A DNA stretch of 64,000 bases from positions 288,001 through 352,000 of the forward strand of contig CAVYTA010000007.1 of NCBI GenBank assembly GCA_963771355.1, read 5' to 3'. Each line of letters opens with the position of its first letter. Within the stretch, counting starts at the first letter, position 1. This DNA comes from an uncultured Candidatus Rokubacteria bacterium. GTDB lineage: Bacteria; Methylomirabilota; Methylomirabilia; Rokubacteriales; CSP1-6. The position numbers and the translations under genes were made by a program. The notes below the pieces were generated by a model, which was not told the origin of the DNA, ran no database searches, and worked only from the letters and a program-made list of their open reading frames with translations. Below are positions 18,802 to 31,021 of the stretch, one piece after another.

Positions 18802-19449
18802 GTGAGCCGGCTCTTCGACAGGCTCGCCGGGCTCGACCGGGGCCGCGCGCGCCCGGCGGGAATGGGTAACCTCTCGATTCTAGAGCCGTCCCGGGGACGC
18901 AGAGGGTCATGGCGTCTGATCGGCTCTTTGGTTATCCTACTGTGTATGGTCGCCGTCCTGGCTGCGGTGTCGGCTCGCCTTCTGAACCCGGCGGCCGTAC
19001 CGGCCAGCCCCGTCCCCCCCGCCCCCTCCGTGCCGGTCTCCGAAACCGAGAGCCCCGTGGAACCGCTGCGCGCCTCCGTCTCCCCGCTGCTCGCCCAGGG
19101 CCTCGAGGCAGCGCAGCGAGGCGAGCTGGCCGATGCCGAGGGCTATTTCCGCCGGGCGGTGGCGCAGGACGCGGGAGACGCGGAGGCGTGGAACAGCCTC
19201 GGGGTGGTGCTCGTTCGCCAGGGGGAGCAAGCGCAGGGGGTGGAGGCGCTGCGGAAGGCCCTGCGGATGCAGCCGTCGCACATCGAGGCGCATCGGAATC
19301 TCGGCGTGGCGCTCGATCGACAGGGCCGGGCGGGAGAGGCCGCGGAGCACTACCGCTTCTTCCTCTCGCTCACCACCGATGCCCATCCCGGCCGCGGCGA
19401 CGTGCGCCGCCGGCTCCTCGAGCTGGGCTCGGTCCGCACCGGCGTATGA
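18802..19449 (+). CDS. Membrane-anchored TPR protein (MshN-like position)
   Basis: GTG start MSRLFDRL; TM; Pro-rich linker; TPRs AWNSLGVVL, AHRNLGVAL. Confidence 0.7.
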   Translation: MSRLFDRLAGLDRGRARPAGMGNLSILEPSRGRRGSWRLIGSLVILLCMVAVLAAVSARLLNPAAVPASPVPPAPSVPVSETESPVEPLRASVSPLLAQGLEAAQRGELADAEGYFRRAVAQDAGDAEAWNSLGVVLVRQGEQAQGVEALRKALRMQPSHIEAHRNLGVALDRQGRAGEAAEHYRFFLSLTTDAHPGRGDVRRRLLELGSVRTGV

Positions 19450-21176
19450 GCCTGGCCCCCGAACGCCGGGGCTGGATCACGCTGGGCCAGATGCTGGTCC
19501 AGGACGGAATCCTGACCGACCAGCAGGTCTCCGCCGCGCTCGAGCGGCAGCGGAAGAGCAAGGAGCGGCTCGGACAGGTCCTCATCGAGATGCGCCTCAT
19601 CGACGAGGAGGTCCTCCTCAAGTATCTCGGCGCCCAGTTCCGCAAGGAGCCGATCACCCGGCAGGAGCTCGCCGCCCTCGACCTGGACGTGGTGAAGCTC
19701 ATTCCCGAGGAAGTGGCGCGCCAGCACCGCGTGATCGCCGCCGAGCGCAACGGGCGCCGCCTCATCGTCGCCACCGCCGACCCGCTCAACGTGGTGGCCA
19801 TCGACGATCTCCGTCGCGCCACCGGCCTGGAGATCGACTTCCGTATCGGGCCCGGCAGCGCCATCCAGGAGGCCATCGAGCGCACCTACCGCCGGATGAT
19901 CTCCACCGAGGGCATCGACGAGGCGCTCCGCCAGGACCTGGGCCTCTCGGTGGGGCTCGCGGCCGCCGCCGAGGAGGCGGTGGACATCAAGCAGCTCCGC
20001 ACCCAGGCCGACGACCCGCCGGTGGTCAAGGTCGTGAACTACGTGCTGGGCCGGGCCGCCAGCGACACCGCCTCCGACATCCACGTGGAGCCCCACGAGG
20101 ATCGCACGCGCGTCCGCTATCGCGTCGACGGGCTACTCTTCGATCTCCTGGAGGTCCCGCGCGCGCTGCACCTGGCGGTGGTGTCGCGGCTCAAGATCAT
20201 CTCCCGGCTCGACATCGCCGAGCGGCGGCTACCCCAGGACGGCAGCTTCGCCTCCAAGATCCACGGCCGTGAGATCGACTTCCGCGTCTCCACGCTGCCC
20301 ACCATCTACGGCGAGAAGGTGGTGCTCCGGCTCCTGGAGAAGGAGGCGGTGGTCCAGCACTACACGCTGGAGAACCTGGGCTTCGAGCCGGACCAGCTCG
20401 ATTACTTCATGAAAGGCATCCGGCGGCCGTGGGGCATGGTGCTCCTCACCGGGCCCACCGGCAGCGGCAAGTCCACCACCCTGCACACCGCGATCAAGGC
20501 GATCAAGTCCCCCCGCAAGAACATCATCACCGTCGAGGACCCGGTGGAGTACCGGCAGCCGGGCATCCAGCAGGTGCAGGTCAAGACCGACATCGGCTTC
20601 GACTTCGCGCGGTCGCTCCGGTCCATCTTGCGGCAGGACCCCGACATCATCATGATCGGCGAGGTTCGCGACCAGGAGACGGCGCAGATCGCGGTGCGGG
20701 CGGCGCTCACCGGCCACCTCGTGCTCACGACCTTGCACACCAACGACGCGGTCTCCACCGTCACCCGCCTGATCAATATCGGCGTGGAGCCCTTCCTCGT
20801 CGCCACCGCGGTCAACGTGGCGGCGGCGCAGCGGCTGGTCCGGAAGATCTGTGCGGCCTGCAAGGAGGCCTACCGGCCCTCGGCCGAGGAAGCGGCCCTC
20901 TTCGGCCGTGACCCGGTCCCCGAGGTGCTCTACCGCGGGCGGGGCTGCAAGGCCTGCCGCAACATGGGGTTCTCGGGCCGCATGGCGCTCTACGAGGTGT
21001 TCTGGCTCAATGCCGCCGTCCGGCGCATGGTGCTCGACGGCGTCGACGGCGATACCCTTCGCCGCCACGCGATCGAAGGCGGCATGGTGACGCTCCGCCA
21101 GGCGGGATTCCGCCGGGCCGTCCAGGGGCACACGACGATCGAGGAGATCCTGGCCGTCGTGGCGGACCAGGAGTAG
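19446..21176 (+). CDS. pilB: Pilus extension ATPase (PilB/GspE) with an N-terminal MshEN-like motif
   Basis: LGQMLVQDGIL...RLGQVLIEMRLI; ASDIHVEP; GPTGSGKST; LRQDPDIIMIGEVRD; CxxC...CxxC. Confidence 0.92.
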   Translation: MSLAPERRGWITLGQMLVQDGILTDQQVSAALERQRKSKERLGQVLIEMRLIDEEVLLKYLGAQFRKEPITRQELAALDLDVVKLIPEEVARQHRVIAAERNGRRLIVATADPLNVVAIDDLRRATGLEIDFRIGPGSAIQEAIERTYRRMISTEGIDEALRQDLGLSVGLAAAAEEAVDIKQLRTQADDPPVVKVVNYVLGRAASDTASDIHVEPHEDRTRVRYRVDGLLFDLLEVPRALHLAVVSRLKIISRLDIAERRLPQDGSFASKIHGREIDFRVSTLPTIYGEKVVLRLLEKEAVVQHYTLENLGFEPDQLDYFMKGIRRPWGMVLLTGPTGSGKSTTLHTAIKAIKSPRKNIITVEDPVEYRQPGIQQVQVKTDIGFDFARSLRSILRQDPDIIMIGEVRDQETAQIAVRAALTGHLVLTTLHTNDAVSTVTRLINIGVEPFLVATAVNVAAAQRLVRKICAACKEAYRPSAEEAALFGRDPVPEVLYRGRGCKACRNMGFSGRMALYEVFWLNAAVRRMVLDGVDGDTLRRHAIEGGMVTLRQAGFRRAVQGHTTIEEILAVVADQE

Positions 21177-21180
21177 GGCG

Positions 21181-22443
21181 ATGCCCGTGTTCGAGTACGA
21201 GGTGGCGGACAGCGCGGGCGCGCTCTCGCGCGGCCGCGAGCAGGCGGAGAACGCGGGGGACCTCATCCACCGCTTTCGCGAGCAGGGGCGCTTCGTGCTG
21301 GCCATCCGTCCCACCTCCGGAGAGGGGGCCTTCGGCCGCGCCGCCTCGCTCGCCCTCGGCGAGTCCTTCCGCACCACCCTCCGGCGCCTGTCGAGCGGGG
21401 TGGGGCTGCCCACCATCGTCCTCTTCACCGGACAGCTCGCGGCCATGCTGGGCGGCGGCCTCCACCTCGTGCGCATCCTCACCTCGCTGGCGGCGGAGAC
21501 CACCAACGAGAAGTTCCGCAAGGTTCTCGCGGGCGTGCGCGACTCGATCACTTCGGGGTCGAGCTTCGCCGACGCGCTGGCCCTGCACCCGCACATCTTC
21601 GACCGCCTCTTCGTCGCGGTGGTGCGGGCGGGGGAGCTCTCCGGCTCGCTCCCGGTGGTGCTGGACACCCTCACCGTGTACCTCGAAAAAACGGCGAACC
21701 TCCGCCGTAAGGTCCGGGGCGCGATCGCGTATCCGGTGGTGATCCTCACCGTGGCCCTGGGCGTGGTCTTCATCATGGTCGTCAAGATCGTGCCCATCTT
21801 CGAGAACGTCTACGCGCGCGCCAACGCGGTGTTGCCGGCCCCCACGCGAACGCTCATCTGGGTGAGCGGCCTCGTCCGCGAGTACACGCTCCTGGTGTTC
21901 CTGGCCATCGTCCTCGGCCTCGTCGGCTTCTACTTCGCGCTGCAGACGGACGCGGGCCGCCGCCTCTTCGACCGCGGCAAGCTCTCGGTGCCGATGTTCG
22001 GGGGGCTCGTCCGCAAGGCCATCATGGCGCGGGTGTGCCGCACGCTCGGCGTGCTGCTCAACAGCGGCATCCCGCTCATCGAGGCCATGGAGACGGTATC
22101 CAAGGTGGCGGGCAACCGCATCATCGAGAACGCCCTCGTCACCGCCACGCAGCGGATGCGCGACGGCGGGACCATCGCCGCCACCCTGCGCGAGACCGGC
22201 CAGTTCCCGAGCATGGTCGTCCAGCTCGTGGCCACCGGCGAGGAGAGCGGCACGCTGCCGGCCATGCTCGGCAAGGCGGCGCTCTACTACGAGCAGCAGG
22301 TGGACAATGCGGTGGCCACGCTTTCCACCCTCATCGAGCCGGTGATGATCGTCGTGATGGGCGCCATCGCGGGCAGCATCATCTTCGCCCTGTACCTGCC
22401 CATCTTCACCCTCGGCCAGGCCCTCCGGGGCGGGGTGAGGTAG
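21181..22443 (+). CDS. pilC: Pilus platform protein PilC (GspF family)
   Basis: MPVFEYE, QLAAML..G, GE.SG.L, AIAYP, IEPVMIV, LYLPIF. Confidence 0.92.
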   Translation: MPVFEYEVADSAGALSRGREQAENAGDLIHRFREQGRFVLAIRPTSGEGAFGRAASLALGESFRTTLRRLSSGVGLPTIVLFTGQLAAMLGGGLHLVRILTSLAAETTNEKFRKVLAGVRDSITSGSSFADALALHPHIFDRLFVAVVRAGELSGSLPVVLDTLTVYLEKTANLRRKVRGAIAYPVVILTVALGVVFIMVVKIVPIFENVYARANAVLPAPTRTLIWVSGLVREYTLLVFLAIVLGLVGFYFALQTDAGRRLFDRGKLSVPMFGGLVRKAIMARVCRTLGVLLNSGIPLIEAMETVSKVAGNRIIENALVTATQRMRDGGTIAATLRETGQFPSMVVQLVATGEESGTLPAMLGKAALYYEQQVDNAVATLSTLIEPVMIVVMGAIAGSIIFALYLPIFTLGQALRGGVR

Positions 22444-22450
22444 GGAGGGC

Positions 22451-23911
22451 ATGGCGGCCTTCGATCCGTTCCGGCCGATGCGCGGCAGCTCGGCGCGGCT
22501 CTACGTCGTGATGCCGCTGCTCATGGCGGCGGCGGCGGCCGCGTCCGGTCTCTACGTGCTCTTCCTGGCGCGCCCGTTCATCAACAGCCTCAACGCCCAG
22601 CTCGCCGAGCGCGCGGCGGCGTGGCTCTTCTTCGGCACCGCGGCGGCGGGCAGCCTGGGCGCGCTGGCCGGCCTCGTCATCGGGCTCCGGGTGGCCGGGC
22701 GCATCCGCGGCATCACCCAGCGCGCGGAGGCGCTCACCGCCCGCGTGGACGACGGACCGGTCCCGTCCCGGCCCGCCGACGAGATCGGCGCTCTGGATGC
22801 CGCCGTCGGCCGGCTCACGCTCTCCATGGACCGCTTCATCCGCGACAGCGATATCCTCGCCCGGCTTCCCGAAGGCATGCTCCTCATGGGGCCGGGCGGC
22901 GACCTCCTCTCGTTCAACACCACCGCGGAGGTCGTTCTGGAATCCGCGCTGGAGCCGTTCCGCGGGGCTCCGCTGCTGTCCCCGCGCGGCCTCTTTCCGG
23001 TGGCGAACGGCAACGGCCAGCTCGCGCGCCTCCTCGACGACGCGCTGCTCGAGGAGCGCTCGCTGCACGTGGGCGAGGTGCACGTGTCGCCGGCCTCGGG
23101 CCGGGAGTTCGTGCTCGAGGTGACGGTGCAGCACCGCGAGTGGCGCCGCGACTCCACCGCGCTGATTCTTCTCTTTCGCGACGCCTCCGAGAAGCGGCGC
23201 ATCCGCGAGGAGATCCGCCGCGCGGACCAGCTCGCCTTCCTCGGCGGCATGGCCGCTCGGGTGGCGCACGAGATCCGGACCCCCATGGCCACCGTGCGGG
23301 GGCTGGTGGAGCTGCTCCAGTCGGACCTCCCCCAGGGGGACAGCACTCGCCGGGAGTACATCGACCGGGTGCTGCAGGCGGTGGACCGGCAGGATCGGCT
23401 CGTGGAAGACATGCTGACCCTGTCCCATCCCGAGCCCGAGAGCCTGGCGCCGGTGAACCTGCGTGAGCTGGTGGACGAGATCGTCCGCGACATGCCGAAG
23501 GACCCGCGCCTGCGCGTGCAGGGCCCGGCCGCGAGCGCGATCCCCGCCATCCCCGGCGACGCCTTCCGACTGCACGAGGTGTTCAACAACCTCATCCGGA
23601 ACGCGGTGGAGGCCACGCCGCCCAGCGGCGTGGTGGACGTGCGGGTGGAGGCGCCCGGGCGCGGGCTGGTGCGGGTCGTGGTCCGGAACACCGGCGGCGG
23701 CGTCCCCGTGGAGCTCCGGGAGCGGATCTTCCAGCCCTTCTTCACCACCAAGGTCAAGGGCACCGGGCTGGGGCTGGCCATCGCCAAGCACATCGTGGAC
23801 GCGCACCGCGGCACCCTCCGCGTGGAGAGCGACGGCAGCACCGAGACGCTCTTCGTGGTGGAGCTGCCGACAACGCAGCCCGCTTCCCCGTCGTCCGTAG
23901 TAAAGTCATGA
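22451..23911 (+). CDS. Membrane sensor histidine kinase (TM-HAMP-PAS-HisKA-HATPase), PilS-like position
   Basis: VAHEIRTP H-box, NLIRNAVEA, IFQPFFTTK..GTGLGL. Confidence 0.85.
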   Translation: MAAFDPFRPMRGSSARLYVVMPLLMAAAAAASGLYVLFLARPFINSLNAQLAERAAAWLFFGTAAAGSLGALAGLVIGLRVAGRIRGITQRAEALTARVDDGPVPSRPADEIGALDAAVGRLTLSMDRFIRDSDILARLPEGMLLMGPGGDLLSFNTTAEVVLESALEPFRGAPLLSPRGLFPVANGNGQLARLLDDALLEERSLHVGEVHVSPASGREFVLEVTVQHREWRRDSTALILLFRDASEKRRIREEIRRADQLAFLGGMAARVAHEIRTPMATVRGLVELLQSDLPQGDSTRREYIDRVLQAVDRQDRLVEDMLTLSHPEPESLAPVNLRELVDEIVRDMPKDPRLRVQGPAASAIPAIPGDAFRLHEVFNNLIRNAVEATPPSGVVDVRVEAPGRGLVRVVVRNTGGGVPVELRERIFQPFFTTKVKGTGLGLAIAKHIVDAHRGTLRVESDGSTETLFVVELPTTQPASPSSVVKS

Positions 23912-23938
23912 TCGGGCTCGAAAGAAAGGTGAGGTCCC

Positions 23939-25312
<1,374 letters not shown>

Positions 25313-25339
25313 GCGGACCCGTTGGCCCAAGTCCCCCCC

Positions 25340-26203
25340 ATGACCGTCCGTAAAGCCGTCTTTCCCGCCGCCGGGCTCGGCACCCGGTTCCTCCCCGCCA
25401 CCAAGGCGCAGCCGAAGGAGATGCTGCCCCTGGTGGACAAGCCCACCATCCAGTACGTGGTGGAGGAGGCGGTGGCGTCGGGGCTCAACGAGCTGGTGCT
25501 GGTCACCGGCCGCAACAAGCGCGCCATCGAGGACCACTTCGACGCCGCCTTCGAGCTCGAGTACTACCTGCAGGACCGCGGCAAGACCGAGGAGCTCGCC
25601 CAGATCAAGACCATCTCGGAGCTGGCCACCGTCTCCTACGTCCGCCAGAAGGAGCCCCTCGGGCTCGGGCACGCCATCCTCTGCGCGCGCACCCTGGTGG
25701 GCGACGAGCCGTTCGGAGTCTTCCTCGGCGACGACATCATCGTGTCCCGCACCCCGTGCATGCGCCAGCTCCTGGACGTCTACGCGCGCTACCAGGGCCC
25801 CGTGGTCGCGGTCATGCGCATCCCGGGGCCGGACATCGGCCGCTACGGGGTGATCGTGCCCAAGCCCCTCGGCGGCAATGTCTACGAGGTGCTCGACATG
25901 GTGGAGAAGCCCGCGCCCGCGGACGCGCCGTCGGACCTGGCCATCATCGGACGCTATGTCCTCACGCCGGATCTCTTTCCCATCCTTGCCGAGACGCCGC
26001 CGGACTCGCGGGGCGAGGTCCAGCTCACCAACGGCCTCCGCACCCTGCAGCAGCGGCGCCCCATCTACGCGGTGGAATTCGAGGGGACCCGCTACGACAC
26101 CGGCGACAAGCTCGGCTTCCTCAAGGCCACCGTGGCCTTCGCCCTGGCGCGGCCCGATCTCGCCGACGATTTCCGGGCCTACCTCAAGGGCCTGGGCTTG
26201 TAG
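25340..26203 (+). CDS. galU: UTP--glucose-1-phosphate uridylyltransferase
   Basis: KAVFPAAGLGTRFLPATKAQPKEMLPLVDKP. Confidence 0.95.
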   Translation: MTVRKAVFPAAGLGTRFLPATKAQPKEMLPLVDKPTIQYVVEEAVASGLNELVLVTGRNKRAIEDHFDAAFELEYYLQDRGKTEELAQIKTISELATVSYVRQKEPLGLGHAILCARTLVGDEPFGVFLGDDIIVSRTPCMRQLLDVYARYQGPVVAVMRIPGPDIGRYGVIVPKPLGGNVYEVLDMVEKPAPADAPSDLAIIGRYVLTPDLFPILAETPPDSRGEVQLTNGLRTLQQRRPIYAVEFEGTRYDTGDKLGFLKATVAFALARPDLADDFRAYLKGLGL

Positions 26204-26334
26204 GGACGAGGAAGTGCTTAGATGACGCGGAGTTCGCGCTCAATTCACCGGCCGGGTGGTTTGACTTCCCCCGGGCTTTCTGGGAAAATTCGCGCATCCG
26301 GAAGGGGTCCGGCCGGGCCGGCCTCCTGAATCCA

Positions 26335-27552
26335 ATGGCAAATCATCCCAAGCGGGCCTTCCACATCGCCTCCGAGCCCGACATCAAGTCGGGGGAGGTG
26401 TCGGACGTCTACTTCGCCCGCACCGTCGAGATCCTCCGCGCCAAGGGCATCAACAAGCGGGTCAAGGCCGAGATTCGCCTCAAGAGCTTCCCCCAGGCCG
26501 ACTGGTCCTTCGGCATCCTCGCCGGCATCGAGGAGGCGGCAATGCTCCTCGAGGGCATCCCCATCAACGTGTGGACCATGGACGAGGGCACCATCTTCGC
26601 GCCGTACGAGCCGGTGGTGGTGGTGGAGGGGAACTACCTCGACTGGGCCGTGTACGAGACCGCCCTCCTGGGCTTTCTCTGCCAGGCCTCCGGCATCGCC
26701 ACCAAGGCGGCGCGCTGCAAGCGCGCGGCGGGGGAGCGGCAGGTGATCTCCTTCGGGGCGCGTCGCATGCATCCGGCGCTGGCGCCCATGATCGAGCGCA
26801 ACGCCTTCATCGGCGGCTGCGACGGGGTGGCGGTGACCAAGGCCGCCGAGCTCATCGAGGCCGATCCCATGGGAACCATTCCCCATGCCCTCGTGCTCAT
26901 GTTCGGCGACACGGTGGAGGCGCTGCGCGCCTTCCACGAGGTGGTGGATCCCAAGGTGCGGCGCGTGGCCCTCATCGACACGCTGCAGGACGAGAAGTTC
27001 GAGGCCATCCGGGTGGCGGAGGCGCTGGGCAAGGATCTCTACGCGGTCCGGCTGGACACGCCGTCCTCCCGGCGCGGCGACTTCTTCCGCATCCTGGAGG
27101 AGGTGCGGTGGGAGCTGGACTTCCGCGGCTTCGAGCACGTCAAGATCCTCGCCTCGGGCGGTATCGACGAGTACGAGATCCTCAAGCTCAATTCCCTCGT
27201 GGACGGCTATGGTGTGGGGACCTCGATCGCCAACGCGCCGGTGCTGTCCTTCGCGCTGGACATCATGGAGATCGAGGGCCGGCCGATGGCCAAGCGCGGC
27301 AAGCAATCCGGCGCCAAGCAGGTGTGGCGCGTGCCCGGCACCGTGCAGAACCTGGTCCTGCCCGCGCACAAGCCGGCGCCCCGGGGTCCGGATGGCCGGT
27401 CCGCCGAGGCCCTCCTCAAGCCCCTCCTCACCGGCGGCCGCCTCGTCCGCGACCTCCCGCCCCCGCGCACGATCCGGGACTACGTGCTGGAGCAGATGGC
27501 GAAGATCGACATCGGCGCCTCCCGGGAGCGCGGCCTGCGCGGGGACTACTGA
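26335..27552 (+). CDS. pncB: Nicotinate phosphoribosyltransferase
   Basis: SDVYF, ETALLG, SFGARRMHP, GTIPHAL, VRLDTP, ILASGG, YGVGT; TTGACT-N17-GAAAAT upstream. Confidence 0.88.
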   Translation: MANHPKRAFHIASEPDIKSGEVSDVYFARTVEILRAKGINKRVKAEIRLKSFPQADWSFGILAGIEEAAMLLEGIPINVWTMDEGTIFAPYEPVVVVEGNYLDWAVYETALLGFLCQASGIATKAARCKRAAGERQVISFGARRMHPALAPMIERNAFIGGCDGVAVTKAAELIEADPMGTIPHALVLMFGDTVEALRAFHEVVDPKVRRVALIDTLQDEKFEAIRVAEALGKDLYAVRLDTPSSRRGDFFRILEEVRWELDFRGFEHVKILASGGIDEYEILKLNSLVDGYGVGTSIANAPVLSFALDIMEIEGRPMAKRGKQSGAKQVWRVPGTVQNLVLPAHKPAPRGPDGRSAEALLKPLLTGGRLVRDLPPPRTIRDYVLEQMAKIDIGASRERGLRGDY

Positions 27553-27569
27553 GGGCCGGGCCCCACGCC

Positions 27570-28355
27570 ATGGGCGTGCTCGATGAGATCGTCGCCCACA
27601 AGCGTGAGGAGGTCGCGGCCCGCCGGGTCGCCCGCCCGCGCCGCGCCCTCGAGGCGGCGTGCCGGGAGCTCGCTCCCGCGCGCGATTTCGCGGAGGCGCT
27701 GGCGCCGGGCGGGGGCCGCCGCGTCCGCCTCATCGCCGAGGTGAAGAAGGCCTCGCCGTCCAAGGGCGTGCTCGACGCCGCCCTCGATCCCGCGGCCCAG
27801 GCGCGGACCTATGCCGACGCCGGCGCCGACGCGGTGTCCGTGCTCACCGATGCCCGCTGGTTCAAGGGCAGCCTCGACGACCTGGTGGCGGCGCGCGCGG
27901 CGGTGCCGGTCCCGGTGCTCCGGAAGGACTTCACGGTGGACGAGTATCAGCTCTGGGAGGCCCGCGCGGCGGGGGCCGATGCGGCGCTGCTCATCGTGGC
28001 CGCGCTCGACCGCGAGACCCTTCGCGATCTGCACTCGGCGGCCAAGGGCATCGGGCTGCACACGCTGGTGGAGGCGCATACCGCCGCGGAGCTGGAGGAG
28101 GCGCTGGCGCTGGGCGCGCGGGTGGTGGGCGTGAACAACCGCGACCTCCAATCGCTCCAGACGGACCTCGCCACCGCGCTCCGGCTCCTGCCCCTGGTGC
28201 CGCCGGGGCACGTGGCGGTGGCGGAGAGCGGCATCTTCACCCGCGACGACGTCGCGCGCATGGTCGGCGCGGGGGCGCACGCCGTGCTGGTGGGCGAGGC
28301 GCTGGTGCGCGCCGGCGACGTGGCCGCGAAGGTCCGCGAGCTCACGCTCGCGTGA
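27570..28355 (+). CDS. trpC: Indole-3-glycerol phosphate synthase
   Basis: IAEVKKASPSKG, LRKDF, GVNNRDL, AESGI. Confidence 0.95.
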   Translation: MGVLDEIVAHKREEVAARRVARPRRALEAACRELAPARDFAEALAPGGGRRVRLIAEVKKASPSKGVLDAALDPAAQARTYADAGADAVSVLTDARWFKGSLDDLVAARAAVPVPVLRKDFTVDEYQLWEARAAGADAALLIVAALDRETLRDLHSAAKGIGLHTLVEAHTAAELEEALALGARVVGVNNRDLQSLQTDLATALRLLPLVPPGHVAVAESGIFTRDDVARMVGAGAHAVLVGEALVRAGDVAAKVRELTLA

Positions 28356-28366
28356 GGGCCGTCAGC

Positions 28367-28984
28367 ATGGTGCGGGTCAAAATCTGCGGGATCACGCGGG
28401 TCGAGGACGCCCGGCTCTGCGTGGAGGCGGGTGTCCACGCGCTGGGCTTCATCTTCGTCGAGAAGACGCCTCGCTTCGTCACCGCCGCCCAGGCTCGGGC
28501 CATCATTGCCACGCTCCCGCCCTTCGTGACCCCGGTGGGCATCTTCTGGGACCATGCCCCGGGCCACGTGAAGGCCGTCGCCGAGGAGTGCGGGCTGGCC
28601 GCGCTACAGTTCCACGGTGACGAAGCGCCGGAGGATCTCGCGCAGTACCGGCTGCCCGTGATCAAGACGGTCAAGGTGGACGGGCCCATTGCCCCCGAGC
28701 GCCTCGCGCGCTACCAGGTCGCCGCCTTCTTGCTCGACTCGCCCACGCGCTGGAGCGAGGGCGAGGCCCGGGTGCCCATCTCGTGGGAGGTGGCGCGGGA
28801 TGCCGCCGCCGCCGGGCACCGCATCGTGCTGTCGGCCGGTCTCACCCCGGACAACGTGGCCGCGGCGATCCGCGTGGCACGCCCCTACGCGGTGGACGTG
28901 AACTCCGGCGTCGAGGCGCGGCCGGGGGCGAAGGATCCCGACAAGGTGCGCCGCTTCATCGCCGCGGCGCGGGACGCGGGATGA
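28367..28984 (+). CDS. trpF: Phosphoribosylanthranilate isomerase
   Basis: [21 protein letters not shown]. Confidence 0.93.
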   Translation: MVRVKICGITRVEDARLCVEAGVHALGFIFVEKTPRFVTAAQARAIIATLPPFVTPVGIFWDHAPGHVKAVAEECGLAALQFHGDEAPEDLAQYRLPVIKTVKVDGPIAPERLARYQVAAFLLDSPTRWSEGEARVPISWEVARDAAAAGHRIVLSAGLTPDNVAAAIRVARPYAVDVNSGVEARPGAKDPDKVRRFIAAARDAG

Positions 28985-30207
28985 CGGCGCGCGCCGTGGA
29001 CCCCGCCGCGCTTCCCGACGCCGACGGCCACTTCGGCCGCTTCGGCGGGCGCTTCGTCCCCGAGACGCTCATGGCGCCCCTCATCGAGCTGGAGCGCGCC
29101 TTCCGCGCCGCGCGCAAGGACCCCCGCTTCCGGCGCCGCCTGGGCGACCTCCTCCGGCACTACGCGGGCCGGCCCACCCCGCTCTACTTCGCCGAGCGCC
29201 TCACCCGGCACTGTGGCGGCGCGCGCATCTACCTCAAGAGAGAAGACCTCTGCCACACCGGGGCCCACAAGATCAACAATGTCCTGGGCCAGGCGCTCCT
29301 CGCCCAGCGCATGGGCAAGCAGCGCATCATCGCCGAGACCGGTGCCGGCCAGCACGGGGTGGCCTCGGCCACCGCCGCCGCGCTCCTCGGGCTGGACTGC
29401 GAGGTGTACATGGGGACCGTGGACGTCGAGCGCCAGGCGCTCAACGTCTTCCGCATGCGGCTCCTCGGCGCCAAGGTCATTCCCGTGGAGAGCGGCTCCC
29501 GGACGCTGAAGGACGCCGTCAACGAGGCCCTCCGCGACTGGGTCACCAATGTCCGCACGACCTATTACCTGCTCGGCTCGGTGATGGGACCGCATCCCTA
29601 CCCCATGATGGTGCGCGATTTCCACCGCGTGATCGGCGAGGAGACGCGCGTCCAGGTGCGCCGGCAGGCGGGACGGCTGCCCGATCTGCTGGTGGCCTGC
29701 GTGGGCGGCGGCTCCAATGCCATCGGGCTCTTCTGGCCCTTCATCAAGGACCGGCGCGTGCGCGTGGTGGGAGTGGAGCCCGGCGGCCACGGGCTCAAGA
29801 GCGGCAAGCATGGCGCGTCCATCACCGCGGGGGCGGTGGGCGTGCTCCACGGGAGCATGTCCTATCTGCTCCAGAACGACGACGGGCAGGTGACGGAGGC
29901 GCACTCGATCTCGGCCGGCCTCGACTATCCCGGCGTGGGTCCCGAGCACGCGTACTACAAGGACGCGGGGCGCTTCGAGTACGAGTCGTGCACCGATGAC
30001 GAAGCCCTGGAGGCGTTCCAGATTCTCACGCGGCTCGAGGGGCTCATGCCCGCGCTGGAGTCGGCGCACGCCATCGCGTACGCGATGCGGGCGGCGCGCG
30101 GGATGAAGAAGAGCGAGATCGTGGTGGTGGGGCTGTCGGGGCGCGGCGACAAGGACGTCCACACCGTCGGCCAGGTGCTGGACGGGCGAGGAAACGGGCA
30201 CCCATGA
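28981..30207 (+). CDS. trpB: Tryptophan synthase beta chain
   Basis: [35 protein letters not shown]. Confidence 0.97.
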   Translation: MTARAVDPAALPDADGHFGRFGGRFVPETLMAPLIELERAFRAARKDPRFRRRLGDLLRHYAGRPTPLYFAERLTRHCGGARIYLKREDLCHTGAHKINNVLGQALLAQRMGKQRIIAETGAGQHGVASATAAALLGLDCEVYMGTVDVERQALNVFRMRLLGAKVIPVESGSRTLKDAVNEALRDWVTNVRTTYYLLGSVMGPHPYPMMVRDFHRVIGEETRVQVRRQAGRLPDLLVACVGGGSNAIGLFWPFIKDRRVRVVGVEPGGHGLKSGKHGASITAGAVGVLHGSMSYLLQNDDGQVTEAHSISAGLDYPGVGPEHAYYKDAGRFEYESCTDDEALEAFQILTRLEGLMPALESAHAIAYAMRAARGMKKSEIVVVGLSGRGDKDVHTVGQVLDGRGNGHP

Positions 30208-31016
30208 GCCGCCTGGACGACACCTTCGCCGCCCTGCGCGCGCGCGGTGAGCGCGCCCTCGTCCCGTACTTCACCGCGGGCGATCCGTCGCTGGCCGTCA
30301 GCGCGCGACTCATCGTCGAGGCGGCGCGCCAGGGTGCCGACGTCATCGAGCTGGGCGTGCCGTTCTCGGACCCGGTCGCGGACGGGCCGGTGATCCAGCG
30401 GGGTACCCAGCGCGCGCTCGCCGCCGGCTCCACGCTCCCGCGCGTGCTCGAGATGGTCCGTGATCTCCGCGGCGAGGTCGCGGTCCCCATCGTCTTCTTC
30501 ACCTACTACAATCCCATCCTTGCCTTCGGCCTCAAGGCGTTCTGCCGGACCGCGGCGGAGGCCGGCGTCGCCGGCGTGTTCGTGGTCGACCTGCCCCCCG
30601 AGGAAGCGGGGCCGCTCCACGCCGAGGCCGATCCGCTGGGCTTCGATCTCATGCACTTCGTGGCCCCCACCACCCCGCCCGCGCGGATGCGGAAGATCGC
30701 CCAGGCCACCCGCGGCTTCATCTACCTCGTCTCGCTCACCGGGGTCACCGGCGTCCGCTCCGCCCTGCCGCCCGACCTGGTGGCGCTGCTCCGCACCCTG
30801 CGCGGCGTGACCACCAAGCCGGTCTGCGTGGGCTTCGGGATCGCGACGCCCGAGCAGGCGGAGATGGTGGGGCGCGTCGCGGACGGCGTGATCGTGGGCT
30901 CCGCCATCGTCCACCTCGTCGAGCGCCATGCCGGGTCCGCCGAGCTCGTGCCCGAGGTCGGTCGCTTCATCGCCTCCCTCAAGGCCCCGCTGCGGGCCCT
31001 CGGCGGCGGACGGTAG
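30204..31016 (+). CDS. trpA: Tryptophan synthase alpha chain
   Basis: [26 protein letters not shown]. Confidence 0.96.
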   Translation: MSRLDDTFAALRARGERALVPYFTAGDPSLAVSARLIVEAARQGADVIELGVPFSDPVADGPVIQRGTQRALAAGSTLPRVLEMVRDLRGEVAVPIVFFTYYNPILAFGLKAFCRTAAEAGVAGVFVVDLPPEEAGPLHAEADPLGFDLMHFVAPTTPPARMRKIAQATRGFIYLVSLTGVTGVRSALPPDLVALLRTLRGVTTKPVCVGFGIATPEQAEMVGRVADGVIVGSAIVHLVERHAGSAELVPEVGRFIASLKAPLRALGGGR

Positions 31017-31021
31017 CCGCC

